This document shows, in pieces, positions 43,893-51,774 of a DNA stretch of 64,000 nt; position 1 is the first letter of the stretch, and each line of letters begins with the position of its first letter. Position numbers and translations under genes: made by a program. A model generated the notes under the pieces. It worked only from the letters and a program-made list of their open reading frames with translations, searched no databases and had not been told where the DNA came from. Source of the DNA: an uncultured virus (IMG/VR IMGVR_UViG_3300035675_000007) (lineage: Duplodnaviria > Heunggongvirae > Uroviricota > Caudoviricetes); the IMG/VR virus record IMGVR_UViG_3300035675_000007; one strand, written 5' to 3'.

Positions 43893-43996
43893 CGAACCCA
43901 CCGCATCCTGCAGCGACGGCAGGTAGTCACGTTCCCCACCGTCTCGGTGAAATGGGAACTCCTCCACGAGCAGAAGAGCCAATAGCGCCAGTTCAT
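43889..43996 (-). CDS. Small Cys/His protein (35 aa)
   Basis: MNWRYWLFCSWRSSH...CRRC; ATGA-coupled at both ends; below the ORF-track cutoff. Confidence 0.45.
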   Translation of the reverse strand: MNWRYWLFCSWRSSHFTETVGNVTTCRRCRMRWVR

Positions 43997-44370
43997 GGCT
44001 TCTCCTCCCGGACGATGGCGAGGACGGCGACGCGGTATTCGCGGATTGCGCTCATCGCCTCGGCGAGCGGCGTCATCGAGGGATCACCGATACCAGCCAT
44101 CCCGTAGAACAGCCCCTCCACCGCCGCCGCGATCCGCTCGCGCTCGGCGGCGACGATGACCTGCTCCACCCGCCCAAGCACCGACGACAGGACGGCATAC
44201 GGCAGCCGGGGATCAGGGTTGCCAGCGTAGGCCAGCAGCGTCTTGATCGTCTCGTCGCGGGCCTCGGCTTCGATGGCGGCGATGGCTTGCGGCCAGTCGA
44301 TGCCGTCGTCCCAATGGGGTATGCCGGGACGCCGCATCCCCAGCAGCCGCTGCCCGGCCTCAGTGGTCAT
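43993..44370 (-). CDS. Hypothetical protein (AERERI family, paralogue 1)
   Basis: MTTEAGQRLL...AIEAEA...VAAERERI; ATGA-coupled start. Confidence 0.55.
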   Translation of the reverse strand: MTTEAGQRLLGMRRPGIPHWDDGIDWPQAIAAIEAEARDETIKTLLAYAGNPDPRLPYAVLSSVLGRVEQVIVAAERERIAAAVEGLFYGMAGIGDPSMTPLAEAMSAIREYRVAVLAIVREEKP

Positions 44371-44552
44371 CGCTTCGTCCTGACGTGGTACTCGATCTCT
44401 TTCAACAGGCGGATGATCGTGTCGATGTCCTCGCGGGTCGGGATGGTCGGAGGCGCGGACGGGACGGTATAGACGGCGCATGAGTGTGTCTGAGACTCCA
44501 TGATCCACGCACCACAGCGCGAGCAGTTGTAGCCGCCGCCGACGCTGCTCAT
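44367..44552 (-). CDS. Hypothetical zinc-finger protein
   Basis: CSRC...HSC; coupled overlaps. Confidence 0.5.
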   Translation of the reverse strand: MSSVGGGYNCSRCGAWIMESQTHSCAVYTVPSAPPTIPTREDIDTIIRLLKEIEYHVRTKR

Positions 44553-44878
44553 CGCTCATCCTCCAGCGCGGCGCGGAGGGCGGCGATGAGGTTCTCGCCG
44601 TCGACCGTCAACTTGCTGATCTGGTCGAGGTAGCCCCACTTGTCGAGGTCCGACGCAATCTCCTCGATCTTCCGCAGGCGGGCGATCTCGGCGGTGGCGA
44701 CAAGGGCCCAGCACTTGCAGCCGGTGACGTAGTGGCCCTCCTCGGGGCACGACCGGAGGAGGGCGAGGATGGCGGAGGCGGCATCATACGGGCGAACCCA
44801 TGCGCCGCGATACGGCCTGATCTCGTACGAGTTGTCGCGGATGGCCGCAGCCAGCGCGGAGATGCGGGGATCATTCAT
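44549..44878 (-). CDS. Hypothetical protein
   Basis: 109 aa; coupled overlaps. Confidence 0.5.
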   Translation of the reverse strand: MNDPRISALAAAIRDNSYEIRPYRGAWVRPYDAASAILALLRSCPEEGHYVTGCKCWALVATAEIARLRKIEEIASDLDKWGYLDQISKLTVDGENLIAALRAALEDER

Positions 44879-44987
44879 GGCTGATTGCCTCGTACCAGTA
44901 GCGGATGCAGCCGAGGGCGAACATCGCCAGCCATGCCGCCAGCGGATACCTCCAGTAGTCGAAGTAGCCGAGTACGAAGTCGATCAC
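44871..44987 (-). CDS. Small membrane protein
   Basis: GGAGG RBS, GTG start; 38 aa with one hydrophobic helix. Confidence 0.5.
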   Translation of the reverse strand: MIDFVLGYFDYWRYPLAAWLAMFALGCIRYWYEAISHE

Positions 44988-45334
44988 GGAGCGTACTCCT
45001 CCGGTGCGCCGGGGTTGAGGTCGACGGGCTCCGGGCTCTCGGTCAGCCCTTTGTCCAGCAGCTCCCAGACGTTCTCGCACATCTGGTTCGTGGTGGAGCG
45101 GGCTTCCTCGACGGTCCGCAGGACGGTGTTCCACTGCATCATGTTGAGGAAGACCCCGCCAACGAGGATGCCGAGGAAAGCGAGGATGACCCAGTAGCGG
45201 TAGTCCTTCTCCTGCTTGATGGTGAAGTGGACCTGCCCGGTTCCAACCCGGTCCCCGAGGTCAGTAAGCCGGGATTGCAGGTCGTCCAGCTCCGCCTTGT
45301 GGATGAGGACGAGGTCGCCTTCGGGGTCAGTCAT
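44984..45334 (-). CDS. Single-pass membrane protein
   Basis: YWVILAFLGILVGGVFL transmembrane segment. Confidence 0.6.
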   Translation of the reverse strand: MTDPEGDLVLIHKAELDDLQSRLTDLGDRVGTGQVHFTIKQEKDYRYWVILAFLGILVGGVFLNMMQWNTVLRTVEEARSTTNQMCENVWELLDKGLTESPEPVDLNPGAPEEYAP

Positions 45335-45512
45335 TGCCGTACCAGAGGTAGACGGCGTGGGCGATGGTCCGTGCCTTCAGCGCATGGCGGAGTCGGATCG
45401 TATGCGCGTGGACGGCATGGACGGAGAGGTCGAGATGCTCCGCGATCTCCTTGGCATTGAGCCCGACGGCGTACCAGGAGAGGACTTCCTCCTGCCGCTT
45501 GGTGAGTGTCAT
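45327..45512 (-). CDS. Stand-alone LuxR-type HTH protein
   Basis: LTKRQEEVLSWYAVGLNAKEIAEHLDLSVHAVHAH...AV. Confidence 0.85.
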   Translation of the reverse strand: MTLTKRQEEVLSWYAVGLNAKEIAEHLDLSVHAVHAHTIRLRHALKARTIAHAVYLWYGND

Positions 45513-45931
45513 CAGTACCACCCGTGGCTGCGGATATGGTCGAGCGCGTTGCACGCTCCGCCGTATCTTCCCTTGACGTAGGAGATGCCCCACTTCACCT
45601 GGGTGATGGGGTTCGTCCTCCAGTCCTTCCCGGCGGTCCGCATCCGGGAACCGGGGAGTGCCTGGGGAATCCCGTAGGCTCCGGATCTGCGGTTCTGCGC
45701 TCGTGGGTTCCAGTGGGACTCGTACTCGAAGATGCGGTCGATGCAGGAATATTCCCTGGCGCCGAGCACCCGTCGGGCATAGGTACGGGCCTCGGCGACG
45801 GTGTGCCTGACGGCTGGCTTCTGGGTTGGTCTCGCTGTCGGTTTGGGTTCCGCCCGGAGCCCGGTGTTCCACGTCCCGACGGAGAGTGAGATGAGCATCG
45901 CCGCCAGCAGGGCGATGAGCTTGACGATCAA
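45512..45931 (-). CDS. Secreted lytic transglycosylase (SLT-like, actinobacterial type)
   Basis: N-terminal hydrophobic signal; ESHWNPRAQN..SGAYGIPQALPG..NPITQVKWG..Y...RYG...GWY. Confidence 0.88.
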   Translation of the reverse strand: MIVKLIALLAAMLISLSVGTWNTGLRAEPKPTARPTQKPAVRHTVAEARTYARRVLGAREYSCIDRIFEYESHWNPRAQNRRSGAYGIPQALPGSRMRTAGKDWRTNPITQVKWGISYVKGRYGGACNALDHIRSHGWY

Positions 45932-46029
45932 TCCCGGATCAGCCCCGACTGGCGGATGGCGTAGCCGACGCAGAACCCGCCGGCGAAGGCGAGGAACAGC
46001 GTCCCGAGCACCGCTGCCACGAGATCCAT
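45928..46029 (-). CDS. Small membrane protein
   Basis: GGAGG RBS; MDLVAAVLGTLFLAFAGGFCVGY (33 aa). Confidence 0.5.
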   Translation of the reverse strand: MDLVAAVLGTLFLAFAGGFCVGYAIRQSGLIRD

Positions 46030-46031
46030 CG

Positions 46032-46109
46032 CTACCTCCGGACGGCTCCGAGCAGGATGACGAGGATCACCACGATCACGAGAACGATGAGGACGGTTTC
46101 CAGGCTCAT
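46032..46109 (-). CDS. Very small membrane peptide (25 aa)
   Basis: GAGGAG RBS; MSLETVLIVLVIVVILVILLGAVRR. Confidence 0.55.
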   Translation of the reverse strand: MSLETVLIVLVIVVILVILLGAVRR

Positions 46110-46167
46110 GTCTCTCTCCTCTGCTGACGAGGGTGGGGATCAGTGGTCCTTCCCCGAACACACGGGA

Positions 46168-46512
46168 TCAGCCCACCCCCGTCGCATCCCGATTATCCCC
46201 CCTCGTATATCTGAGGCGCTTGCCGACGAGATCGGCCAGAGTCGGCCGAGAGGCTGAGTCCTTGATTCCGTCCACCTCGATACCGAGATCGTCAAGGAGG
46301 TACTCGACGACATCCGGCTCGATGGCAGCGGCGCCCCACAACCCGAGCTGGAAATCGAGCCAGGGGACGTTGCCGGTGATGCGATTCACCATGGTGTACA
46401 CGTCCTCTTCGTCGAGGTGCCCGTCCTCCAGCCTCCTGGCCGTGTACCAGCGCTCGAACCAGTCCGTCAGCTCCTCGCCGCGCTGCGGATCGAGAGCTTC
46501 TTCCTCGTTCAT
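46168..46512 (-). CDS. Hypothetical acidic protein
   Basis: 114 aa; ATGA-coupled start. Confidence 0.55.
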   Translation of the reverse strand: MNEEEALDPQRGEELTDWFERWYTARRLEDGHLDEEDVYTMVNRITGNVPWLDFQLGLWGAAAIEPDVVEYLLDDLGIEVDGIKDSASRPTLADLVGKRLRYTRGDNRDATGVG

Positions 46513-46733
46513 TTCTTGTTGATCCTCCGCAGGATCTCATCCCGCTTCGCCTGTGTCCCGCTTGTCCCGCTTCCGGAGGTACCTACGGGCTGGGCGACTG
46601 ACTTCTCCGTGCCGGCCGGGTACCACGTCCCCACCAGCCTGGCTTCCCCCTGGGGATACCTCACCACCTCCGTCGGCTCGGTGATGGTGAGCAGTCCCTT
46701 GCGGAACGCACTGATCGGCACCCGGTTCTTCAT
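46509..46733 (-). CDS. Putative Phd/YefM-like DNA-binding protein (leaderless)
   Basis: MKNRVPISAFRKGL...EPTEVVR..G..LVGTWYP resembles the Phd N-terminal fold; TACACT -10 box 6 nt before the ATG. Confidence 0.5.
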   Translation of the reverse strand: MKNRVPISAFRKGLLTITEPTEVVRYPQGEARLVGTWYPAGTEKSVAQPVGTSGSGTSGTQAKRDEILRRINKK

Positions 46734-46740
46734 GCCACTA

Positions 46741-46879
46741 GTGTAACACATTGTGTGACACAAGGCGAATGTGTGACACACCATCGCCCGGGGTTGAGCG
46801 TGGAACGTCTCGGATGTGTGACAGAAGGTGTGACAGAAGGGGGTTCTGTGACACGTTCTGTGACACATTGTGTGACACA
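46741..46879. repeat. Array of eight (TG)TGTGACA(C/G)A-like near-palindromic sites
   Basis: Copies at about 46741, 46752, 46770, 46815, 46827, 46846, 46858 and 46869, at the strand switch. Confidence 0.85.
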
Positions 46880-47041
46880 TTGCGGGGGTTGTGCTCGGGA
46901 TTTTTTGTGGGGACGCTCACACGTACATCGACGCTCGCAGGAACTCCGCCGGGTGGGGGATAGGAACATCCGCCCGGCGGTACATAGGACGGCATCGGCC
47001 CCGATCCACTGGGCAGAGCCGGCCGGACAGGAGGTGCCCCG

Positions 47042-47365
47042 ATGGCACGCACGGATTACGCCCTGCACGCACGGCTGGTGCGCGTGGAGGAAAGCATCGC
47101 GGCTCTCGCGGAGGGTCAGAAGCTCCTGCTCGCGGCCATGACCGATCTCGTGAAGGGGCGCGCACGGGTCAGCGAGCCCGTGGTCGAGGTCAAGGCGAGC
47201 CGCCGCTCTCGTGCGGATCGGGTCGCCGAGGCCAATCCGCTCATCCGCCCCGAGCGGGCCAAGAGCGGTCGGATGTGTGCTTGTGGTCGGTCCATGAGCA
47301 AGGAGCGCAACGGCACCAAGGTCGCCGGCAAGGTGGTCTGCCACTACTGCTGGACGCACCGCTGA
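47042..47365 (+). CDS. Hypothetical zinc-ribbon protein
   Basis: AGGAGG RBS; CACG...CHYC. Confidence 0.65.
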   Translation: MARTDYALHARLVRVEESIAALAEGQKLLLAAMTDLVKGRARVSEPVVEVKASRRSRADRVAEANPLIRPERAKSGRMCACGRSMSKERNGTKVAGKVVCHYCWTHR

Positions 47366-47475
47366 TCTCGTCACGCTCACACGGAGAGCCCGTCGGGGGG
47401 CGGGCTCTGGTGTGTGCACGACGGTCGCACTAGGGCGTCAGCGCCACACACGCAGGACTCACGGAGGGTTCGCAC

Positions 47476-47625
47476 ATGCTTCCACGCTACCTCGTCGCAG
47501 TCGGCGACACCTACCGCTCGTTCTACCACCGGCGTCGGGCTCGTAGGTTCGTCAACTCTCTGTCTAGGCGAGATCTGCGGCGGGCTCGGGTGCTCAAGCC
47601 CGAGTGGTTCGTCATCGAGTTCTAG
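47476..47625 (+). CDS. Hypothetical basic protein (49 aa)
   Basis: GGAGG RBS; MLPRYLVAVGDTYRSFY... Confidence 0.55.
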   Translation: MLPRYLVAVGDTYRSFYHRRRARRFVNSLSRRDLRRARVLKPEWFVIEF

Positions 47626-47700
47626 CGCTCACGGTAGCCCACAAGGAGGGATGCGGGCTACAGCGAGTGCTATTCGGCACTCAGTAGCAGGAGGCCGACG

Positions 47701-47928
47701 ATGGCCCAGATGTGGGATGACCTCAGCCCGATCCGCACGGATGGGGTGCGGGAGGTCATCGACTATGGCGAGTTCATCGCTCGCCGACTACGGGCAGAGG
47801 AGCCCGTACAGCAGGTTCAGCAGGCATGGACAGCGGAGGATCGTCTAGCGGATACGCGCTCTCGCATCGTCGATCGGGCAGAGATGCTCGGCGACATCGC
47901 CGCCCTCGTCATCCTGGGCGCTGTCTGA
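47701..47928 (+). CDS. Hypothetical protein
   Basis: AGGAGG RBS. Confidence 0.6.
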   Translation: MAQMWDDLSPIRTDGVREVIDYGEFIARRLRAEEPVQQVQQAWTAEDRLADTRSRIVDRAEMLGDIAALVILGAV

Positions 47929-48008
47929 CCCTCATGGGTGCACATCAAGCGTCAAGCATCAGCGCATGATGTGTAGATAGTCGTGATGCGAATGTCTAGG
48001 TGAGGGAC

Positions 48009-48275
48009 ATGAGCACGATCAAGGTCATCGTCCGCGTCGGTCGCACGGACATGGAGCCGATCTACTGCGACACGATGGAGGAGGCAGAGGCCAAGAAGGA
48101 CTGGTGGGTTGAGCGCACCAGCAACGATCCCGCCTACTCGGTGAGGATCGAGAACCTCAAGGCAACGGAGAACGTGCTGCCGATCAAGCACAACGATCGG
48201 TACGCGGATCTGCACACCGTCGCACTCGGAGCGTGCGGGTTCCGCGTCGGCAAGATGAGCCGCTACGGGAGGTGA
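48009..48275 (+). CDS. Hypothetical protein
   Basis: GAGG RBS; phage-like codon usage. Confidence 0.6.
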   Translation: MSTIKVIVRVGRTDMEPIYCDTMEEAEAKKDWWVERTSNDPAYSVRIENLKATENVLPIKHNDRYADLHTVALGACGFRVGKMSRYGR

Positions 48276-48278
48276 GTC

Positions 48279-48479
48279 GTGAGCGGTGAGTTCGAACGGG
48301 GCTGCAAGGCAGCCCGTCGATGCAGCCGATGGGCTGACGAGTACCACCGGCTGGATGATCTGCTCATCAAGGGCAGGGCAGTCAGGACATGGCGCCAACT
48401 CAGGCGCGTGCTGGTGCGCAGGCAGGAAGCCTACCGGCGCTGGCGTCAGGCATCGCTCGTGGACAGTCGAGGGTGGTGA
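48279..48479 (+). CDS. Hypothetical Arg-rich protein
   Basis: GGAGGTGA RBS. Confidence 0.5.
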   Translation: MSGEFERGCKAARRCSRWADEYHRLDDLLIKGRAVRTWRQLRRVLVRRQEAYRRWRQASLVDSRGW

Positions 48480-48480
48480 G

Positions 48481-48630
48481 ATGAACGAGGCTGACTTCTG
48501 GCTCACGCTCTACTACGTGAGCGTATTCGTGGGGGTCTATCTCATCGGCCTCCTGCTCATCCGCAAGGCTGGCGACGATGAGCCCGAGGACATGGCCCAC
48601 TACGTGGGCAGATGGGACGACGACGACTAG
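48481..48630 (+). CDS. Small membrane protein
   Basis: MNEADFWLTLYYVSVFVGVYLIGLLLI with an acidic tail. Confidence 0.55.
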   Translation: MNEADFWLTLYYVSVFVGVYLIGLLLIRKAGDDEPEDMAHYVGRWDDDD

Positions 48631-48708
48631 CCCCACTCCTGCCCATGAGTCAGGCTCATGGTCAGGGGTGAGTGCTACTCGGCACTCACGCACACAAGGA
48701 GAGCAACG

Positions 48709-49248
48709 GTGCATAGCAAGGACATCCGCATCAACGGCATCGACATCGACCTGCTGCCCGGCGATGTCAAGCGCTCGCTCGTGCAGCGCATCAATGCCTG
48801 GGCCAAGGCGAACAGCGTCGGTGTGAGCGAGCCGACGCCTCCGATCCGCACCACCAAGCCCAAGGCCAAGCCCGAGTCCAAGGACGAGAGCCTCGCCGAT
48901 GCGCTGCTCCGCCTCGCCGAGGCACTCGGCGTCGCCGAGGCTGCGCTCCCGATCGAGCTGACCACGCCTCCCGAGCGCCGCACCCCCGAGCGCACCACCG
49001 CTCGGCGCACTCGGCGCACCACCACACGGCGCGCTCCCGCACGCCGCACCACCAACCGCTTCTTCGAGGAAGTGATCGTCCCGCGCGCCGAGTCCAAGAC
49101 TCACGAGTGCAGCGGCGTCGATCCCGCCACTCGCGAGCGCTGCTACAAGTACGGCAAGTCGTTCACCGACTTCGGCTGGTTCGGCACGCCCGGTGCCAAC
49201 AACGGCCATGTCCATCTCGCCAGCCGCTTCCACCCGCGCGGTCGCTGA
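48709..49248 (+). CDS. Hypothetical protein with RRT/RTT basic repeats and a C-terminal Cys/His motif
   Basis: AAGGAG RBS, GTG start. Confidence 0.65.
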   Translation: MHSKDIRINGIDIDLLPGDVKRSLVQRINAWAKANSVGVSEPTPPIRTTKPKAKPESKDESLADALLRLAEALGVAEAALPIELTTPPERRTPERTTARRTRRTTTRRAPARRTTNRFFEEVIVPRAESKTHECSGVDPATRERCYKYGKSFTDFGWFGTPGANNGHVHLASRFHPRGR

Positions 49249-49249
49249 T

Positions 49250-49495
49250 CCTAGCCGCCTAGCCTAGCTAGGCACGAGGGTAGTCCACCCTCGTAGTGCC
49301 CATGTAGTAGTGGGCACTACAAGCGTGGATTGCTTACGCACGCAGGGCAGCGTAGCCTCGCGTCCAATCCGCGCTCGATTGCAGGAGGACATGGTGTGCC
49401 CATAGTGCAAGCACTACTAGCACGAGTCGATCTCAGGAAAGCAAGGGGACTCACCTCCCCAGCGATTCTGAACCGCAAGCTGGCACACAACACGT
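49250..49495 (+). ncRNA. Candidate structured RNA / long 5' leader
   Basis: Dense hairpins (ACGAGGGT/ACCCTCGT, GTAGTGCCCA/TGGGCACTAC, AGCGTGGATTG/CAATCCGCGCT, GTGTGCC/GGCACAC). Confidence 0.45.
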
Positions 49496-49514
49496 TCTGG
49501 AAGGAGATCAACTG

Positions 49515-49961
49515 ATGGCAACCCGAACTTCGTTCACCGAACGCCTCATCTGCGCCTACACGAACAAGCTCGGCGAGTTCCGCGTTGCGGAAGCCAAGCG
49601 CATCGAGACCGAGAACGAGGCCAAGATCAAGGCCTACCAGGAGACCCCGGCGTTCATCGCCTTCTACGAGGCGGCGAAGAAGCTCATGGGCGCCAAGTGG
49701 GTCGCGGAGAACCTGGTCATCGTAGAGCGGCGCCTCCACTGGGAGGGGGAGCTGCGCAACATCATCGGCCTGACGCAGGTTCCCGAGCAGGACCGCGAGA
49801 AGACCCTGACTCTCCTCACCGGAGCCCTGGCCACCACCAAGATCAAGTTCTGGGATGGGCTGTTCCCGCCCGTGAACGCCTACCTCGACGCCATCGAGAA
49901 GGCCACCAACCTCGCTGAGGCAGACGGGGCAGCGATGACACTCGTTGAGGCGCTCGCCTGA
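49515..49961 (+). CDS. Hypothetical protein
   Basis: AAGGAG RBS; 148 aa, helical. Confidence 0.7.
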   Translation: MATRTSFTERLICAYTNKLGEFRVAEAKRIETENEAKIKAYQETPAFIAFYEAAKKLMGAKWVAENLVIVERRLHWEGELRNIIGLTQVPEQDREKTLTLLTGALATTKIKFWDGLFPPVNAYLDAIEKATNLAEADGAAMTLVEALA

Positions 49962-50115
49962 TGACACGAAAGAGGCCGAGGCCGATCCCGACTAGGGAGG
50001 ACGCCCTCTGGTTCGCAGAAGAACTGCGAAAGCAGGCGCTTGAGCAGCTCACCCGAGCCCCTCTGCCCGGAGAGCTGCCAGAAACATACAAACAGAAGCC
50101 GAAGAAGGAGGGGAA

Positions 50116-50565
50116 GTGAGCGATCCCGAGTACCCCAAGTGGGGCATTGGCCCATTCAGCATCGCCAAGAACAAGCAGTGGTGGGCCTGCTTCCGCATCA
50201 AGACGCGGCTAGGCTGGCTCGACTTCATGGTGCGGCCTCTGGTCACCCCAACTCAGTACGACAAGCATCAACGAGAGGCGGCGCTCGTCGAGAAGGAACT
50301 GCGGGCCATCTTCGAGGATGCGAAGAAGGTCCTCGAAGCGAGCGGTATCACTCCATACGAAGACCCTGAGCTGCTCAGGATCTGTCGTGAGCGCATTGCC
50401 GCGCAGAAGATCAACGCCCGCATCAGGCCATACCCACCCGACTGGAAACGTCCTCGCATCGGCACATACGACTTCCGCATCGAGACAGTCGAGAGCGAGG
50501 GCGAGGACGAGGGGATGGGGAACTGCAGGTTTGGCCTCAACCTCACCATCGGGAGGCTCAGATGA
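50116..50565 (+). CDS. Hypothetical protein
   Basis: AAGGAGG RBS. Confidence 0.6.
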   Translation: MSDPEYPKWGIGPFSIAKNKQWWACFRIKTRLGWLDFMVRPLVTPTQYDKHQREAALVEKELRAIFEDAKKVLEASGITPYEDPELLRICRERIAAQKINARIRPYPPDWKRPRIGTYDFRIETVESEGEDEGMGNCRFGLNLTIGRLR

Positions 50566-50900
50566 GCGAAGAATATGTCATCTTTGGCTACCAATACGCA
50601 GACGGCAAGCTCCAGCTCGTCGAGTCAGAAGTCCTGGGGGGAGTGATCAATCCCCTCTCGGCGCTCCCGGCTAACTGGGGCATCACGGCAACGTGGGTTG
50701 ATCGAACGCTCATCCTCGACGTCTCCGCTCGCATCACCGATGGAGGCGCCGGGATCTATGAGCGCGCCCGCGCAGACATGATCGCCAACCTCGTTGCCGT
50801 CGCGCTCACGGCACCCTGCAATCACGAGTGGACTGAATCGGACGACCCTGGCTGGGACGAGTGCACCCGGTGCGGGGAGATACGGCAGTACGAGCCATGA
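50562..50900 (+). CDS. Hypothetical protein with C-terminal CxHxW...CxxC
   Basis: GGAGG RBS; ATGA-coupled. Confidence 0.6.
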   Translation: MSEEYVIFGYQYADGKLQLVESEVLGGVINPLSALPANWGITATWVDRTLILDVSARITDGGAGIYERARADMIANLVAVALTAPCNHEWTESDDPGWDECTRCGEIRQYEP

Positions 50901-51274
50901 CCAAGGGCGCCATTGAGAAACACTCTCCGTGCTGCGAGGACAGCAAGGGAAACTTTGATCCACAGGCCCACAAGTACGCTCGTGTGTACTACAGCCCCAA
51001 CGAACACAAGTACGATGAAGGCCAATGCTACTACTGCGGGCAGCCGTGGCCCTGTGATGTTTCCGTCTTGCAGTCGGAGATCACCCACCTCAGCAACCTA
51101 ATCGAACAGGCCCATGAACTCATCAGGGAGTTGGCCGAGACAGTCCACCAGACCGGCTTAATCCGTGACCACGCCGACCCCAACGACAAGACAGGCTGGA
51201 ACGTCCACGGTATCGAGACGTGCGAGGACTCGCTGTGCGTCGATGCTCTCGCCTTCATCAGAAAGGAGGAATGA
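50897..51274 (+). CDS. Hypothetical protein (CxxC..WPC motif)
   Basis: ATGA-coupled; CYYCGQPWPC. Confidence 0.55.
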   Translation: MTKGAIEKHSPCCEDSKGNFDPQAHKYARVYYSPNEHKYDEGQCYYCGQPWPCDVSVLQSEITHLSNLIEQAHELIRELAETVHQTGLIRDHADPNDKTGWNVHGIETCEDSLCVDALAFIRKEE

Positions 51275-51275
51275 A

Positions 51276-51509
51276 GTGTCTCCGAAGAAGCACAAGCGAT
51301 TGATTGGCGGCTTCACGAGAGCGGTCAATCTCAAGGGGGTTACCGAGGACGAGATCTTCGAGCAGACCAAGAGCCTGCTCCTGGCGATGGGGTTCGATAT
51401 CCCCAACGAGAAGGACCTCCGCAAGGTCGTGCGATCCACGATCAAGGCCAACCTCCGCACCAACTCGAAGATCGAGGTGCTGATGACCCCACCACGGCTG
51501 GTGAACTAG
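51276..51509 (+). CDS. Hypothetical protein
   Basis: AAGGAGG RBS, GTG start. Confidence 0.55.
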   Translation: MSPKKHKRLIGGFTRAVNLKGVTEDEIFEQTKSLLLAMGFDIPNEKDLRKVVRSTIKANLRTNSKIEVLMTPPRLVN

Positions 51510-51543
51510 TCATGCCTCGCGTCCAATCCGAGGCGCAAGTGCA

Positions 51544-51774
51544 ATGAGTGAGCGCATAGACCAGGTCTATTGCGACGACTGCGGTGAGCCGCTGCTTGAG
51601 ATCGGCGTCGAGCCGATCCTGCGGGCAGAGGTCACCGTCCTGCGCGACGACCGCCACTACATCGGCACGCTCCCGTCGCCGGTGGCTTCTGCCAACGCAG
51701 GGGAAAGCGCGGTCCTGTGCAGCGAGTGCTTCCGTCGCATCTTCGAAGGCAGAACAGAGAGGAGTGCAGACTGA
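51544..51774 (+). CDS. Hypothetical zinc-ribbon protein
   Basis: CDDC...CSEC. Confidence 0.55.
   Translation: MSERIDQVYCDDCGEPLLEIGVEPILRAEVTVLRDDRHYIGTLPSPVASANAGESAVLCSECFRRIFEGRTERSAD

Noticed and set aside
46741..46879. Possible CRISPR mini-array
   Set aside because: Repeats are only ~10 nt with irregular, mostly very short gaps; there is no repeat-spacer periodicity.
46734..46880. N-terminal CHT-repeat extension (MCHTMCHRTCH...) in the track ORF 46509-46880
   Set aside because: It is the translation of the TGTCACA DNA repeats; the ATG at 46733 behind a -10 box is the better start.
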